64,000 nucleotides of DNA. Origin: an uncultured Alphaproteobacteria bacterium. GTDB taxonomy: Bacteria; Pseudomonadota; Alphaproteobacteria; Rs-D84. The stretch is taken from positions 31,453-95,452 of the forward strand of contig CAJOGC010000003.1 in assembly GCA_905234185.1 (NCBI GenBank), read 5' to 3'. Within the stretch, counting starts at the first letter, position 1, and every line of letters starts with the position of its first letter. Under the pieces are notes generated by a model, which did not search any database, was not told the DNA's origin, and saw only the letters and a list, made by a program, of their open reading frames with translations. The position numbers and the translations under genes are program-made. Of this stretch, positions 25,451 through 35,892 are shown in pieces.

Positions 25451-27997
25451 TTACATTGCGATATCTTCACACTTTTCAACCGGTTCAGATTCGGTACATT
25501 CAACACCACGCGAATCCCACACTCCACCAAATCCACGACTGCCTTTTGTCGCACAACTTTTTGTCACAGTAGAAGAGCAGAAATGGCACACACGTGTTTC
25601 GCGGTTAAACGAAGACCACATTTCACGCGTTCCGGACGGCAATTCTTGGGTCACTCGCCCACTGGTGTTCATTGTAGAGAACCCCAGCGTCAAAACAGCC
25701 GCCACCCCCTTGGCGAAATCAGTATTTGTATCGTCGAGTTCAAACGACGCATCATTGCTTGTCTTGGATGATCCGCGTCCACCCTGGGCCAACAAACTTC
25801 TGTCCAGCCCCGTGGCAATTTCATAACTTATCGAATACGGTTCCGCCAATGGCGTACTTTCCGCAACGACACCGATTGGCGCACCATTTGTGACCGGCAT
25901 CATCTGACACATATATTGCGCGATATCCGCTGAAGCGTTTTTAGTCGCGTCCGCAACCATTTTATTATATTTGGCATTGTAATTATCCTGGGCACGCCGC
26001 AGTGCCGCCACCCCTATCTGTGTTTTTATCGAATCCAGCAAGTGTGGGAAACGCGCGGTTGTTTTTGCCGCCCGACCCATAATCTGGTCAAGATTACGAC
26101 CACTGACACAGAACTGAATTTCTGGATCGCTTTCAATCATATCGATGGTGCGATTAATCGTTCCGGCAATATTGTTAAGTTCTTCTTCGATGGTGAAAAT
26201 GATTTCTTCTTGGTTTTTCACCTTAGTATTATTTTCACGAACATGTGCCATGTAATCTTGGACCCCTATTTTACCAGCACCCAAGATACCATCACCATCT
26301 GTCACATTACCATACCCGTCACCCATTCTAATCGACCCGAACGAAATCATACCGGTAATACGATATACATCAGTGTCTTTGACCGAACGCAATGAGCCCG
26401 TTCCAATAGTATCATCGGACGCAAATCTGTTGCAGTCGGTGGTGCTGCCACATACTTCAACCATTTTGGCATTGACCAAGTTTTGACAATTCTGCAACGC
26501 GGCGTTATCGATATTCAGGTATAATCCCATCAGTATGGAATCCAAATCATCCATAGAAAATCCAGGATTGTTTGCTTTACACACAACTAACTTATCCAAT
26601 GGACAAATATCATGGATATAGTTGTAATCCATACCGATACATTGTGAAAAATCCGAACCACAACGTGTTTCATCTGTAAAGCAATCTTTCACTTCGGCGG
26701 TGCATGCATCGACACGCATTGCCGCCAATTTATCCGAAACATAGCCCCAAATTAATGGTTCCATTTTTTCACATGGATCTAATTCAACCTTGCAAAAACT
26801 GCGCGCCATTTCGGGCCGCGACAGACATGCGTCCAATGTCGCAACACCACGCCCCGCAATATCATCTGCGCATGCCTTGTGAATACAGTTGGAAATATTT
26901 GTTAAACATGATTGCCGGAAATTCGATTCCGCGTTTAATTCGGCAACCTTTAATGTCGGCGCGACCTCACGCAGGAATGCCGGCCATACCTGGTCCCGAA
27001 CCGCGACACATTTTCCAAGAACATTTTCACAAATGTTGCGCTTGGAATTCAATATATCCATGGTCGATGTCGTTATATCATAAACATCCGTTGAACTTGT
27101 ACGGGCGCGCACAGTTTTGGATGTCTTTTGCATATTTTCAGACGCAATCACGGACACACAGTTCACCCAACCCGTTCCACATGCATCATCGGTCTGCATA
27201 CACTTGCGAAATTCAACCATACATTGCCCCAGGTCGTATTTATTCGCCTCATTAAAACTGTCCCGCAACGCGGCCCGCACATCTGCATTTGCCGCCGCCA
27301 GTTCTGTATTGGCCTTGGACCTGCCCTGTGAAATACTATTTTCAAATGCCTTACAATCGGATGCTATTTGACGCGCATATAATTGATGTAAAAAATTGAT
27401 ATCTTTTGCACATGATTGCGGCATTTGATTGCGACATAAATCGTCCGCCGCCATGAACAAATTATCGCCGGTTTGGTCTGCGATAGTGTCCAAAGAATTT
27501 TCGAATGCGACATCATCAAAATCAAATGACACATCGTCCCACAACGACAACAAATCCGCCCGTTTTTGCTCTTTTGTTTTTTCGGCCGATTCGCCATATA
27601 TAACATTGCCATTTTTATCGTATTGGCGTTCACCATTAAATACAATATCAGCATTTGCACCGGCCTGGACACGTTCGACTTCGACAGTGCGTATGCGTTC
27701 GGCTTCTTCCAAAGTACTCTGAATTTCTGCAAGTTGTTTTTCCAATTCTTCATTTAAATCACTGCACGCACACGTTCCGCCATTGGCGTTATCCATTATA
27801 CAGAACTGATCCATACAACCATAATATGCGTCATAACATTCCTGGTCATAAAGACCGGTGGCATTGACACGCGCCCGAACCGTTGTCCCGTTTTGTATGA
27901 CGGACTGTTTCCGTGCAACAACCGCCGCATCAGCCCCCAGCACCAAAGCGATTGGCGCGGTTAATACAAATAATTTAAATACAGACTTTGATATCAT
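25451..27997 (-). CDS. secreted cysteine-module protein (family member B, 848 aa)
   Basis: Trimmed to ATG 27995-27997 (GGAGAG RBS), giving signal peptide MISKSVFKLFVLTAPIALVLGADA. N-terminal knot ECYDAYYGCMDQFCIMDNANGGTCAC. Modules QCMVEFRKCMQTDDACGTGWVNC and ACTAEVKDCFTDETRCGSDFSQC. Confidence 0.85.
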   Translation of the reverse strand: MISKSVFKLFVLTAPIALVLGADAAVVARKQSVIQNGTTVRARVNATGLYDQECYDAYYGCMDQFCIMDNANGGTCACSDLNEELEKQLAEIQSTLEEAERIRTVEVERVQAGANADIVFNGERQYDKNGNVIYGESAEKTKEQKRADLLSLWDDVSFDFDDVAFENSLDTIADQTGDNLFMAADDLCRNQMPQSCAKDINFLHQLYARQIASDCKAFENSISQGRSKANTELAAANADVRAALRDSFNEANKYDLGQCMVEFRKCMQTDDACGTGWVNCVSVIASENMQKTSKTVRARTSSTDVYDITTSTMDILNSKRNICENVLGKCVAVRDQVWPAFLREVAPTLKVAELNAESNFRQSCLTNISNCIHKACADDIAGRGVATLDACLSRPEMARSFCKVELDPCEKMEPLIWGYVSDKLAAMRVDACTAEVKDCFTDETRCGSDFSQCIGMDYNYIHDICPLDKLVVCKANNPGFSMDDLDSILMGLYLNIDNAALQNCQNLVNAKMVEVCGSTTDCNRFASDDTIGTGSLRSVKDTDVYRITGMISFGSIRMGDGYGNVTDGDGILGAGKIGVQDYMAHVRENNTKVKNQEEIIFTIEEELNNIAGTINRTIDMIESDPEIQFCVSGRNLDQIMGRAAKTTARFPHLLDSIKTQIGVAALRRAQDNYNAKYNKMVADATKNASADIAQYMCQMMPVTNGAPIGVVAESTPLAEPYSISYEIATGLDRSLLAQGGRGSSKTSNDASFELDDTNTDFAKGVAAVLTLGFSTMNTSGRVTQELPSGTREMWSSFNRETRVCHFCSSTVTKSCATKGSRGFGGVWDSRGVECTESEPVEKCEDIAM

Positions 27998-28031
27998 ATT
28001 CTCTCCCCTGGGCACTATGGTTTTACAAATC

Positions 28032-30257
28032 TCACAACATTTCTTCGGTGACATCATCAACGTTCAAATCTTCACAAGATTCAATTTCCTGGCAAAACTC
28101 TTTTTCGCCACCGGACATAAAGCCCATCACGCCACCGCCCAACAGACCGACAACACCACCAATTGCGGTTCCCCAACCGGGCGTCACCATCGTTCCGGCG
28201 GCCGCACCAGCAGCAGACGCGCCCGCACCGGCCTTTAACGCCGAAGTCCATTCGTCTTCGCCACCCGTTTCACAAACACGTTGCATACGGCAAATATGAC
28301 AATTTCTTAACGACGGTTCATATGACACACTGCGAATATAACTATAACTGCCCTCTGAACTGGCCGGTTTGTTTTCTTCCTGATATTTTTTCAAACAGTA
28401 TCTGCGATTAAGGTCTGTTTCTCTTTCTATTTTCAATTTATCCATCAACGATGCAAGAACCCGCTCCGCACGATTTTCTGCACTTTGATATGCGATTGTT
28501 TTTGCGCTTGCATACACACTTTCAATCAAACTATTGTGGCCCTTTAATTTTGTTTTTGATTTGCTGTATGTATCCTGGCACGCGGCAACATTAAAATCTT
28601 TCTCGAAATCGACAAAGAAATCGTCCACCGCATTATGCGCAGATTCCCGAACTGCGGACCGCAGTTTTTTACCTTCGACACTGTCTAAATCAATCCATTT
28701 TGACATATCGACATACTCACCTTCATCATCTTTGACCGCCAACAATGCGGACTCTGGCAAACAAGTCATATCTGTTCCGCACACTTTGCCCAGTTGTTCA
28801 CCAAAATAATTCAGACACCCCTGCAACAAACGATAATCCATTTGCATCAGAACTGAACTCAAAATGATATCAAACTGCGTTTCATTTTTACACGATGGAA
28901 ACATAGATTGCGGACAAAACGCAGCGATTTCCGTTGTCTTTTTACCCAAACATTCTGGTGCCGTAAAGTTAGCGCCACATTTATCGCGCAAACATTTATC
29001 GACATCATTCTGACAGAATTGCGTCCGCAAATATCCCAACTTATCACTAACCGCGGAACGAATTCCCGGAATCATTTGTTCGCACTCTGTGATAACCGGA
29101 CAAATTCCCACGGCAATATCAACATCTGTCAAACACGCGCTGTTTGTAGCAGTCGAACAGTTATCTTCCAAACATGCCTGAATCCGTGCCAAACAAGTCT
29201 GACGCGCATACCGATCGGCATATTTTGCCGCATCAACCAAAATAGACTGAGCCTCGACTTCCCAATCTTCCAACACATAGGAACGCACCGCCATACATTG
29301 ATCCAAAACATTTTCACACGCATTTGCACGACGTCCCAACAAATCCACATCTAAACAGTTCTCGAAATTAACGCCACATCCACCCTTGTCTGCGACACAT
29401 GAACGATACGCCAACAAACATTCACCACGATTATACTTGTTTGTTGTGTCCAGCATTTCCAGACGCGCCTTGCGCACCGCGGCCTCGGCCACGCGCTTAT
29501 TCGATTCCGCGTTACGTTTTTGGTCAGCCAAATACGATTCAAACGACTTACAATCTGCAACAATCTGGCGGGAATACAGAGCCTCTTCCATTTCGGCGGT
29601 ACTTCTGCATGAATTAAGGGTATAAGCGCAATAATCCGCCGCCATTGCATACAGATTGTCACCAATATCATAATCGGCACCCAAACTATCATCATCTGTA
29701 TCGCCATTACCAAGCCATTCTGCAAAACTTAACCCCGATGCCCTCGAAGATTTTTTTGCCGCATCAGATTCACCAAATACCAGGCGCGCCTTGGCCCCCA
29801 GTTGTTCGCGTTCAACACCACTGGTATACAAATTGTCCGCATCCGATTGAATTTTTTGGATTTCGTTAATTAAATCCCTGGATTTATTTATATTGTCGGA
29901 ACATGCACAACGATACCCCTCGGATTCATCAAGCAAACAAAATTCATCCATACATGCACGATACGCATCACGACAAGAACCACTGTTTTCATTACCAGGA
30001 TTATCGTTTCCACCAACCGGCCCGCCATTGCCACCGGGATTACTTGGTTGGCCGCCATCGCCACCACCGGAAACAGTTGTGCCAGTATTTGTATTTTGGG
30101 TACTATTGTTCAAATTAACCGACATATTTGAAATGCCACGAACACCCGCCATCGACACACGATTAACCCCGATACGTGCATCTTCGCCACGCGTTGTCGC
30201 CGCCGATACCATACACGGCACCGCACACAACAGTAATGCAATTACATGTATTTTCAT
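28032..30257 (-). CDS. secreted cysteine-module protein (family member C, 741 aa) with a C-terminal glycine-zipper tail
   Basis: Signal peptide MKIHVIALLLCAVPCMVSA. Knot SCRDAYRACMDEFCLLDESEGYRCAC. Modules ECLLAYRSCVADKGGCGVNFENC and FCQNDVDKCLRDKCGANFTAPEC. Tail GTMVTPGWGTAIGGVVGLLGGGVMGFMSGG. Confidence 0.85.
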   Translation of the reverse strand: MKIHVIALLLCAVPCMVSAATTRGEDARIGVNRVSMAGVRGISNMSVNLNNSTQNTNTGTTVSGGGDGGQPSNPGGNGGPVGGNDNPGNENSGSCRDAYRACMDEFCLLDESEGYRCACSDNINKSRDLINEIQKIQSDADNLYTSGVEREQLGAKARLVFGESDAAKKSSRASGLSFAEWLGNGDTDDDSLGADYDIGDNLYAMAADYCAYTLNSCRSTAEMEEALYSRQIVADCKSFESYLADQKRNAESNKRVAEAAVRKARLEMLDTTNKYNRGECLLAYRSCVADKGGCGVNFENCLDVDLLGRRANACENVLDQCMAVRSYVLEDWEVEAQSILVDAAKYADRYARQTCLARIQACLEDNCSTATNSACLTDVDIAVGICPVITECEQMIPGIRSAVSDKLGYLRTQFCQNDVDKCLRDKCGANFTAPECLGKKTTEIAAFCPQSMFPSCKNETQFDIILSSVLMQMDYRLLQGCLNYFGEQLGKVCGTDMTCLPESALLAVKDDEGEYVDMSKWIDLDSVEGKKLRSAVRESAHNAVDDFFVDFEKDFNVAACQDTYSKSKTKLKGHNSLIESVYASAKTIAYQSAENRAERVLASLMDKLKIERETDLNRRYCLKKYQEENKPASSEGSYSYIRSVSYEPSLRNCHICRMQRVCETGGEDEWTSALKAGAGASAAGAAAGTMVTPGWGTAIGGVVGLLGGGVMGFMSGGEKEFCQEIESCEDLNVDDVTEEML

Positions 30258-30401
30258 ATTTCCATCCTACAATTATCACGGTATATTTTATCAGATAAAC
30301 CCCATTGGTGCAAGGCATATTAAAAAACAACTTGCATTTTTTATTCTGTCGCAATATCATTATGCACGTCAAAAAACCTAAGAAAAATCCAAGAGATAAC
30401 T

Positions 30402-30650
30402 ATGGCAAAAGATGATGTAATTGTTTTCAGCGGTGTCATTATGGACAAATTACCGAATACGATGTTTCGGGTTAAATTAGAAAATGGACATGAAATACTG
30501 GCAACCGTGTGTGGGAAAATGCGCAAGGCGCGCATTTGGGTCAACATTGGCGAACATGTTCGTGTTGAAATGACCCCGTATGATTTGGACAAGGGACGCA
30601 TAACATTCGTTGAACGAAATCGTGCAACCCCGGATCAACCAAATCAGTAA
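30402..30650 (+). CDS. infA: translation initiation factor IF-1
   Basis: [42 protein letters not shown]...[12 protein letters not shown]. Confidence 0.95.
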   Translation: MAKDDVIVFSGVIMDKLPNTMFRVKLENGHEILATVCGKMRKARIWVNIGEHVRVEMTPYDLDKGRITFVERNRATPDQPNQ

Positions 30651-30655
30651 TTTAT

Positions 30656-30679
30656 TCCCGTCGTTTGACGGGATTTTTA
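30656..30679 (+). terminator. intrinsic terminator after infA
   Basis: tcccgtc-gttt-gacggga followed by TTTTT. Confidence 0.65.
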
Positions 30680-30702
30680 TTCACTTTTTATTAAATAAGG
30701 CC

Positions 30703-30732
30703 TTGCCCGAAAATAATTTTTTTTGCTATCAT
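30703..30732 (+). promoter_or_regulatory. sigma70-type promoter with extended -10
   Basis: TTGCCC, 18 nt, TGcTATCAT. The -10 ends 16 nt before ATG 30749. Confidence 0.4.
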
Positions 30733-30748
30733 CCAAATTGGATAAAGG

Positions 30749-33190
30749 ATGAGAAAGGTACTAGCCGCAATTTTAGCGTGTTGCATTGGCATCGGTGTTT
30801 CCGATGCTGCCGTCCGTGATTCAACAACGGTCGCACGCGCGACGACAACCCGTGACGCTCGCCCACGTTCAACAAACACGGCCAATATCATTTCCCGCAC
30901 GACCGCCACCACAACTTCACAGACTCGTTCCACTGTGACGGGAACAAATTCACGCACCAAATCTAATTCGCGTAATAACACGACCGGCTCTGCCCGCGCG
31001 ACAGTGGGTCGTTCGGCGACCAACCGAACCAACAATAATACTGTGGGACAATCAAGATCGGCAATTTCCCAAGGGACATCGTCACGTGCCACAACCACGA
31101 TTGACGCGCCCCAATCGAAAACTTTTGGAACGGGATATAACACATGTCGTGATGCATACTTTACCTGCATGGACCAGTTTTGTGCATCGGCGAACGATAC
31201 ATATCGCCGATGTGTGTGTTCATCACGACTGTATGAAATACAATCAAAGCAACGCGCATTAAACCAATCCGCCGACCAATTACAAGATTTCAAGGATTTG
31301 AACATCGCTGTCATTCCAAAAACTGCGGCCGAAGTCCAGGCCATGCAACACGCCAGCCAAGGCGAAATAATAGCATCAATTGTGAAAGACAAATCGTCAT
31401 CAATGGCACAACTGGCCGGCATAAGTTCTGTTTTATCCAAAACAAAGTCAAAATCATTATCCACCGCGGGACAACTGGATATTGCCGGTGATATAAACGC
31501 GATTTGGGCAACAACCGATTTAACGTCCGGATTAAATATTTCTAACCTTAGTGGGGAAGCTTTATACAGCGCGGTTCATGCCCAATGTGCGGACATTGTT
31601 TCTGACTATTGTTCTTCTAAATCGTTATTAAACATGGTTGTTTCTGCATACAGTATGTACATCGAAAACGATTGCTCTCTTCTTGCGAACGCACTGGATA
31701 AAAAAAAGGTGTCCGCCAATGCGGCGATTCGTGAAACAGAACGCGAAATGAACACCGCAAGACAAGAAAACTATGATGCGCATAATTATTCATCTATTAA
31801 CGAATGTATTTCGATGGTCCGCCAAGACATCACCGCTGATGCGGCCTGTGGCCGGGACTTTGTCCACTGTCTGGATACAACCGGACTTTATTTGAACGCG
31901 GCAACCGGTGAGCCAATATACACATCCGCATTTTATCAACTTGGCAGTTTATTATCTCTGTCTGGTGATATATTAAACAACAAAGAAAACCGTTCTCTTG
32001 TCTTGGAATTGAATCGCAAACGTATTTTCGCGGAAAACAGTCTGGATACATGTCGTGATTTATCCAGCAGTGTTTGGGATGAATTTTTACGCCAGGCTAT
32101 TGCCGAAATATACCAGGTTCAACAAACAAAAATCCGCGAAGTAAAAAGCGAATGTCTTGATGTGATTAACCAATGCTATGACGCCCAGAACAAGTCTTTG
32201 CGCGATTTTAGCAATGTCAAAGAGCAGTTGTTATTGGGGTCGCGTCTGGAATTATCTGAAAAATTATGCGAAGAAAAATTAAACGCATGCAGCAATCTGT
32301 ATGGCGGTGGGCAAGATGGTCTGGCCGCATTAAACACAGCCATGCAAGACATCGTCACTCAACAAATTGCCCAGAATTGTTTCCAAACACTACAAGAATA
32401 TGTCCAAGAAATGTGCGCGGTTTCGGCCACCGACACCTTACATTCATATCCATATGCGTGTCGCGCATATGCACCGGGCGAACAACAATATGCCACAATA
32501 TGGTCATGCAACACCCAACAAAAACAAACATATAACAACAATGATGATTCTTACAGCACCATCACAAGGCCTTCCCAGGCTGGCATGTGCGCCAACAAAA
32601 AAAGATACACATCATGTAATGCCGGATATTATATGATGGACATGGATGGCAATATAATATATCGCGATGATTATGCCACCAACACAAGGTCTAATGTTTG
32701 TGTAAAATGCCCGGCCAAGGGGTGCCCAACACGTAATGAAAATAATGATGTTGTATATGAATCAATCTGCGGCGACGATTACATAGGCAGTTTGTATCAA
32801 AAACTTGTCCGATATGCAATCAATGCATGTATGCGTCCATCTGAAATAGAAAACCTAAACAACAACGAAACCACCGGGGGTATTCCCGGCACCCTGCTCC
32901 AGGATGTCAATGCCACCATGGATATACTAAGGGTTTCTATGGCATCTTCGCTGAAATCAGAATGTGAAAGACTTGGTGGATATTGGATGTCGTCACAGTG
33001 GGATAAATCGGTTGAGGAAACAACAGGAATTACCGTATTGCAACAGTTTTATAACGAAACTGGGGCAAATAAAAAGTGGGGCTATTGCGCCGATCCTGAT
33101 ACAGTTGCTGAATTCTATACGGGCAAGTCCCAAGAGGACGACACCGATTCAGAAAATCCAGAAGATCCACAAAGCGACTTGAACCCATAA
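30749..33190 (+). CDS. secreted cysteine-module protein (family member D, 813 aa)
   Basis: Signal peptide MRKVLAAILACCIGIGVSDA. A ~100-aa R/T/S/N-rich tract. Knot TCRDAYFTCMDQFCASANDTYRRCVC. Module ECISMVRQDITADAACGRDFVHC. Confidence 0.85.
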   Translation: MRKVLAAILACCIGIGVSDAAVRDSTTVARATTTRDARPRSTNTANIISRTTATTTSQTRSTVTGTNSRTKSNSRNNTTGSARATVGRSATNRTNNNTVGQSRSAISQGTSSRATTTIDAPQSKTFGTGYNTCRDAYFTCMDQFCASANDTYRRCVCSSRLYEIQSKQRALNQSADQLQDFKDLNIAVIPKTAAEVQAMQHASQGEIIASIVKDKSSSMAQLAGISSVLSKTKSKSLSTAGQLDIAGDINAIWATTDLTSGLNISNLSGEALYSAVHAQCADIVSDYCSSKSLLNMVVSAYSMYIENDCSLLANALDKKKVSANAAIRETEREMNTARQENYDAHNYSSINECISMVRQDITADAACGRDFVHCLDTTGLYLNAATGEPIYTSAFYQLGSLLSLSGDILNNKENRSLVLELNRKRIFAENSLDTCRDLSSSVWDEFLRQAIAEIYQVQQTKIREVKSECLDVINQCYDAQNKSLRDFSNVKEQLLLGSRLELSEKLCEEKLNACSNLYGGGQDGLAALNTAMQDIVTQQIAQNCFQTLQEYVQEMCAVSATDTLHSYPYACRAYAPGEQQYATIWSCNTQQKQTYNNNDDSYSTITRPSQAGMCANKKRYTSCNAGYYMMDMDGNIIYRDDYATNTRSNVCVKCPAKGCPTRNENNDVVYESICGDDYIGSLYQKLVRYAINACMRPSEIENLNNNETTGGIPGTLLQDVNATMDILRVSMASSLKSECERLGGYWMSSQWDKSVEETTGITVLQQFYNETGANKKWGYCADPDTVAEFYTGKSQEDDTDSENPEDPQSDLNP

Positions 33191-33224
33191 CGAAAATTTG
33201 ATATAATGCGAACCAAGTACGAAT

Positions 33225-33881
33225 ATGAAAAAGACATTTTTATTTTCTTTACTGCTTATCACAACAGAGACAATTGCGGTGACCCCGTGGTGGGAACAGC
33301 CGACGGTTTGTCGGCAAAATCCGGCAAACTGCTATACATCAAGTGGCGCGGGATATGATTCTGGCATGTGGGATGCAAATGCTAATTGTTGGGGAATGAA
33401 AATAATTTGCGGTGATGCATTGACCAACACAAATGTGGATACGCTTGTTGGTCGTACCGAAATCGCAAGTGGAACAAACATTAATTCGGACTATGATGTC
33501 AATTTATTAAACGGTGATTGCTTTGGTGCCCGAAAAACATCAAGGGATGGAACAATGGCATCCGTTAATGGCGCGATGGTTCGCGTGTGGTGTCCCGGCA
33601 TATTGGACGTTGTCGATGCAACCGTTGAAAATGGCGAGGTCACATATGGCACGCAACCGTCATGTTCGTCGTTGGCAACCGATGGCCATGTTGCAGTTTC
33701 GAATGGGAAATGTTATGGCAAATATTATGATGCTGCGCATTACTATATTGAATGCACCGGCGAAACACCGACGATTATTGTCTTGAACGGTGCAAATTAT
33801 GAAACGGGTAATGTTGATTATCCCACGACTCAAGCGGATGCCGACACCATATTCAACCAGATGTACAACAGCATTCATTAG
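33225..33881 (+). CDS. small secreted Cys-rich protein (218 aa)
   Basis: Signal peptide MKKTFLFSLLLITTETIA, about 10 Cys. TGaTATAAT at 33199-33207 lies 17 nt upstream of the ATG. Confidence 0.65.
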   Translation: MKKTFLFSLLLITTETIAVTPWWEQPTVCRQNPANCYTSSGAGYDSGMWDANANCWGMKIICGDALTNTNVDTLVGRTEIASGTNINSDYDVNLLNGDCFGARKTSRDGTMASVNGAMVRVWCPGILDVVDATVENGEVTYGTQPSCSSLATDGHVAVSNGKCYGKYYDAAHYYIECTGETPTIIVLNGANYETGNVDYPTTQADADTIFNQMYNSIH

Positions 33882-33893
33882 TAAATATTATTG

Positions 33894-33922
33894 AAAAAAC
33901 CGCCGATTCTGGCGGTTTTTTG
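33894..33922. terminator. bidirectional intrinsic terminator
   Basis: aaaaaaccgcc-gattct-ggcggtttttt between convergent genes. Confidence 0.65.
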
Positions 33923-33942
33923 TTATTATATATTGCAGACGA

Positions 33943-35211
33943 CTATGCGGCCTTTTTAGCATCTGCAAATATTTCTACAGGCGCTTTCTTACCGGCCACA
34001 ACATTTTTATCTATAATTATTTCTTTAAGGTCGGTTTTATCCGGTGCATCAAACATAGTTTGCATCAAAATCTTTTCCAAGATGCCACGCAACCCACGCG
34101 CCCCGGTTTTGCGTGCAACCGCCATCTTTGCAATTTCACGCAACGCATCTTCTTTGATATTCAATTTAACCCCGTCCATTTCCAGCATCGCAACAAATTG
34201 TTTCACAATAGCATTCTTTGGTTCGGTTAAAATTTTTACCAATGCATCTTCGTCCAAATCCTGTAATGTCGTAATAACCGGCAACCTTCCAACTAATTCA
34301 GGGATTATCCCGAACTTTACCAAATCAGATGGTTGTACATCACCCAAATAGTTTTTCGATTCACGCGCTTCCTTTGATTCGACATTTGCACCAAATCCGA
34401 TACCGCGACGATCGCTGGCTCGATTTGCAATAATCTTATTCAATCCATCAAACGCCCCGCCACATATAAACAATATTTTGCTGGTATCCAATTGAACAGT
34501 GGCTTCGCCCGGATGTTTGCGCCCCGCTCCGCCGGCCGGAACATTAGCGATTGTACCTTCAACCAATTTCAGTAAAGCCTGTTGAACCCCTTCGCCGGAC
34601 ACATCGCGCGTCAACGATGGATTCTCTGACTTGCGAGAAATCTTGTCGATTTCATCGATATAAATGATTCCGCGTTGTGCGCGTTCAACATCAAAATTCG
34701 CATTTTGCAATAAACGCGTTAAGACACTTTCCACGTCATCACCAACATAACCCGCTTCGGTCAAAGTGGTTGCATCAGCAATCGCAAATGGCACATCCAG
34801 TATCCGTGCCAATGTTTGTGCAAACAGGGTTTTTCCCGTTCCCGTCGGCCCGATTAATAACACATTTGATTTTTGTATTTCCACCTTGCTGGATGCCGCA
34901 ACACTGTGTCGTTTATAGTGGTTATAAACCGCGACCGACAATGTGCGTTTTGCTTCATCTTGGCCAATAATATATTCATTAAGAAAATCATATATCTTAT
35001 GCGGGGTCGGCAATTTTGCCGCATCTTTGTGTATTTCATCTGTGCGTTCATCTGTCATAATGTCGTTGCACAACGCGATACATTCATCACAAATACAAAC
35101 ACCACGGCCACTGACCAACTTTTTTACTTCATACACTGCTTTGCCACAGAAACTACAAAACTGCTGATTATCTGCGGTCGTATTTATATCTTTTGTTTTA
35201 TCGTCGCTCAT
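33943..35211 (-). CDS. clpX: ATP-dependent Clp protease ATP-binding subunit ClpX
   Basis: Zinc-binding CSFCGK...CICDEC, Walker A GPTGTGKT, full-length 422 aa. Confidence 0.97.
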   Translation of the reverse strand: MSDDKTKDINTTADNQQFCSFCGKAVYEVKKLVSGRGVCICDECIALCNDIMTDERTDEIHKDAAKLPTPHKIYDFLNEYIIGQDEAKRTLSVAVYNHYKRHSVAASSKVEIQKSNVLLIGPTGTGKTLFAQTLARILDVPFAIADATTLTEAGYVGDDVESVLTRLLQNANFDVERAQRGIIYIDEIDKISRKSENPSLTRDVSGEGVQQALLKLVEGTIANVPAGGAGRKHPGEATVQLDTSKILFICGGAFDGLNKIIANRASDRRGIGFGANVESKEARESKNYLGDVQPSDLVKFGIIPELVGRLPVITTLQDLDEDALVKILTEPKNAIVKQFVAMLEMDGVKLNIKEDALREIAKMAVARKTGARGLRGILEKILMQTMFDAPDKTDLKEIIIDKNVVAGKKAPVEIFADAKKAA

Positions 35212-35233
35212 CCCGTAATCCCCACGAATAAAA

Positions 35234-35815
35234 TTATTTTCTTGTTAAAACGCCATCAATTAATCCAAAGTCTTTGGCCTCGGTCGGGGTCATCCAATTA
35301 TCGCGTTCCATCGCATCGAAAACTTCTTTTTCTTTGCGTCCCGTGAAAGAAGCCATTTGTTTTACCAACGACTTTTTGTTTTTTTGGAATTGCGTTAATT
35401 GAATTTCCATATCTGTGATCTGACCTTGTGCACCGGCCATCGGTTGATGAATCATAACCTGGGTATTTGGTAAAACAAACCGCTTACCGCGTTCCCCGGC
35501 CGCCAACAATACCGATCCCATTGATGCGACCAGTCCCATACCAATTGTTGAAACCGGTGATTTAATATACTGCATAGTGTCCATAATGGCCCAGCCAGCG
35601 GAAACATCGCCCCCCGGCGAATTAATATACATAGAAATATCCGCATTCGGATTTTCCGATTCCAGAAACAGTAATTGGGCAACAATGCTGTTCGCCATAT
35701 TAGGTTCTATTTCACCACCAACCATAATAATACGGTCACGCAACAAACGCGAATAAATATCAAAAGACCGCTCTCCGCGCGGTGATTCTTCGATAACCAT
35801 AGGTATAAGTGCCAT
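35234..35815 (-). CDS. clpP: ATP-dependent Clp protease proteolytic subunit ClpP
   Basis: ...[22 protein letters not shown]..., [14 protein letters not shown] (catalytic Ser), MIHQP. Confidence 0.97.
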   Translation of the reverse strand: MALIPMVIEESPRGERSFDIYSRLLRDRIIMVGGEIEPNMANSIVAQLLFLESENPNADISMYINSPGGDVSAGWAIMDTMQYIKSPVSTIGMGLVASMGSVLLAAGERGKRFVLPNTQVMIHQPMAGAQGQITDMEIQLTQFQKNKKSLVKQMASFTGRKEKEVFDAMERDNWMTPTEAKDFGLIDGVLTRK

Positions 35816-35892
35816 TCATAAATCCTTTATTTCAAACGAAATTATATCACATAAAAACCCGATTCGCCAATTTTCATAGGCGCGTGCCATAA

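Noticed and set aside
30691-31464. 257-aa minus-strand ORF
   Set aside because: It is antisense to family member D and spans its promoter. The Val/Ala/Arg-rich composition mirrors the R/T/S tract on the other strand.
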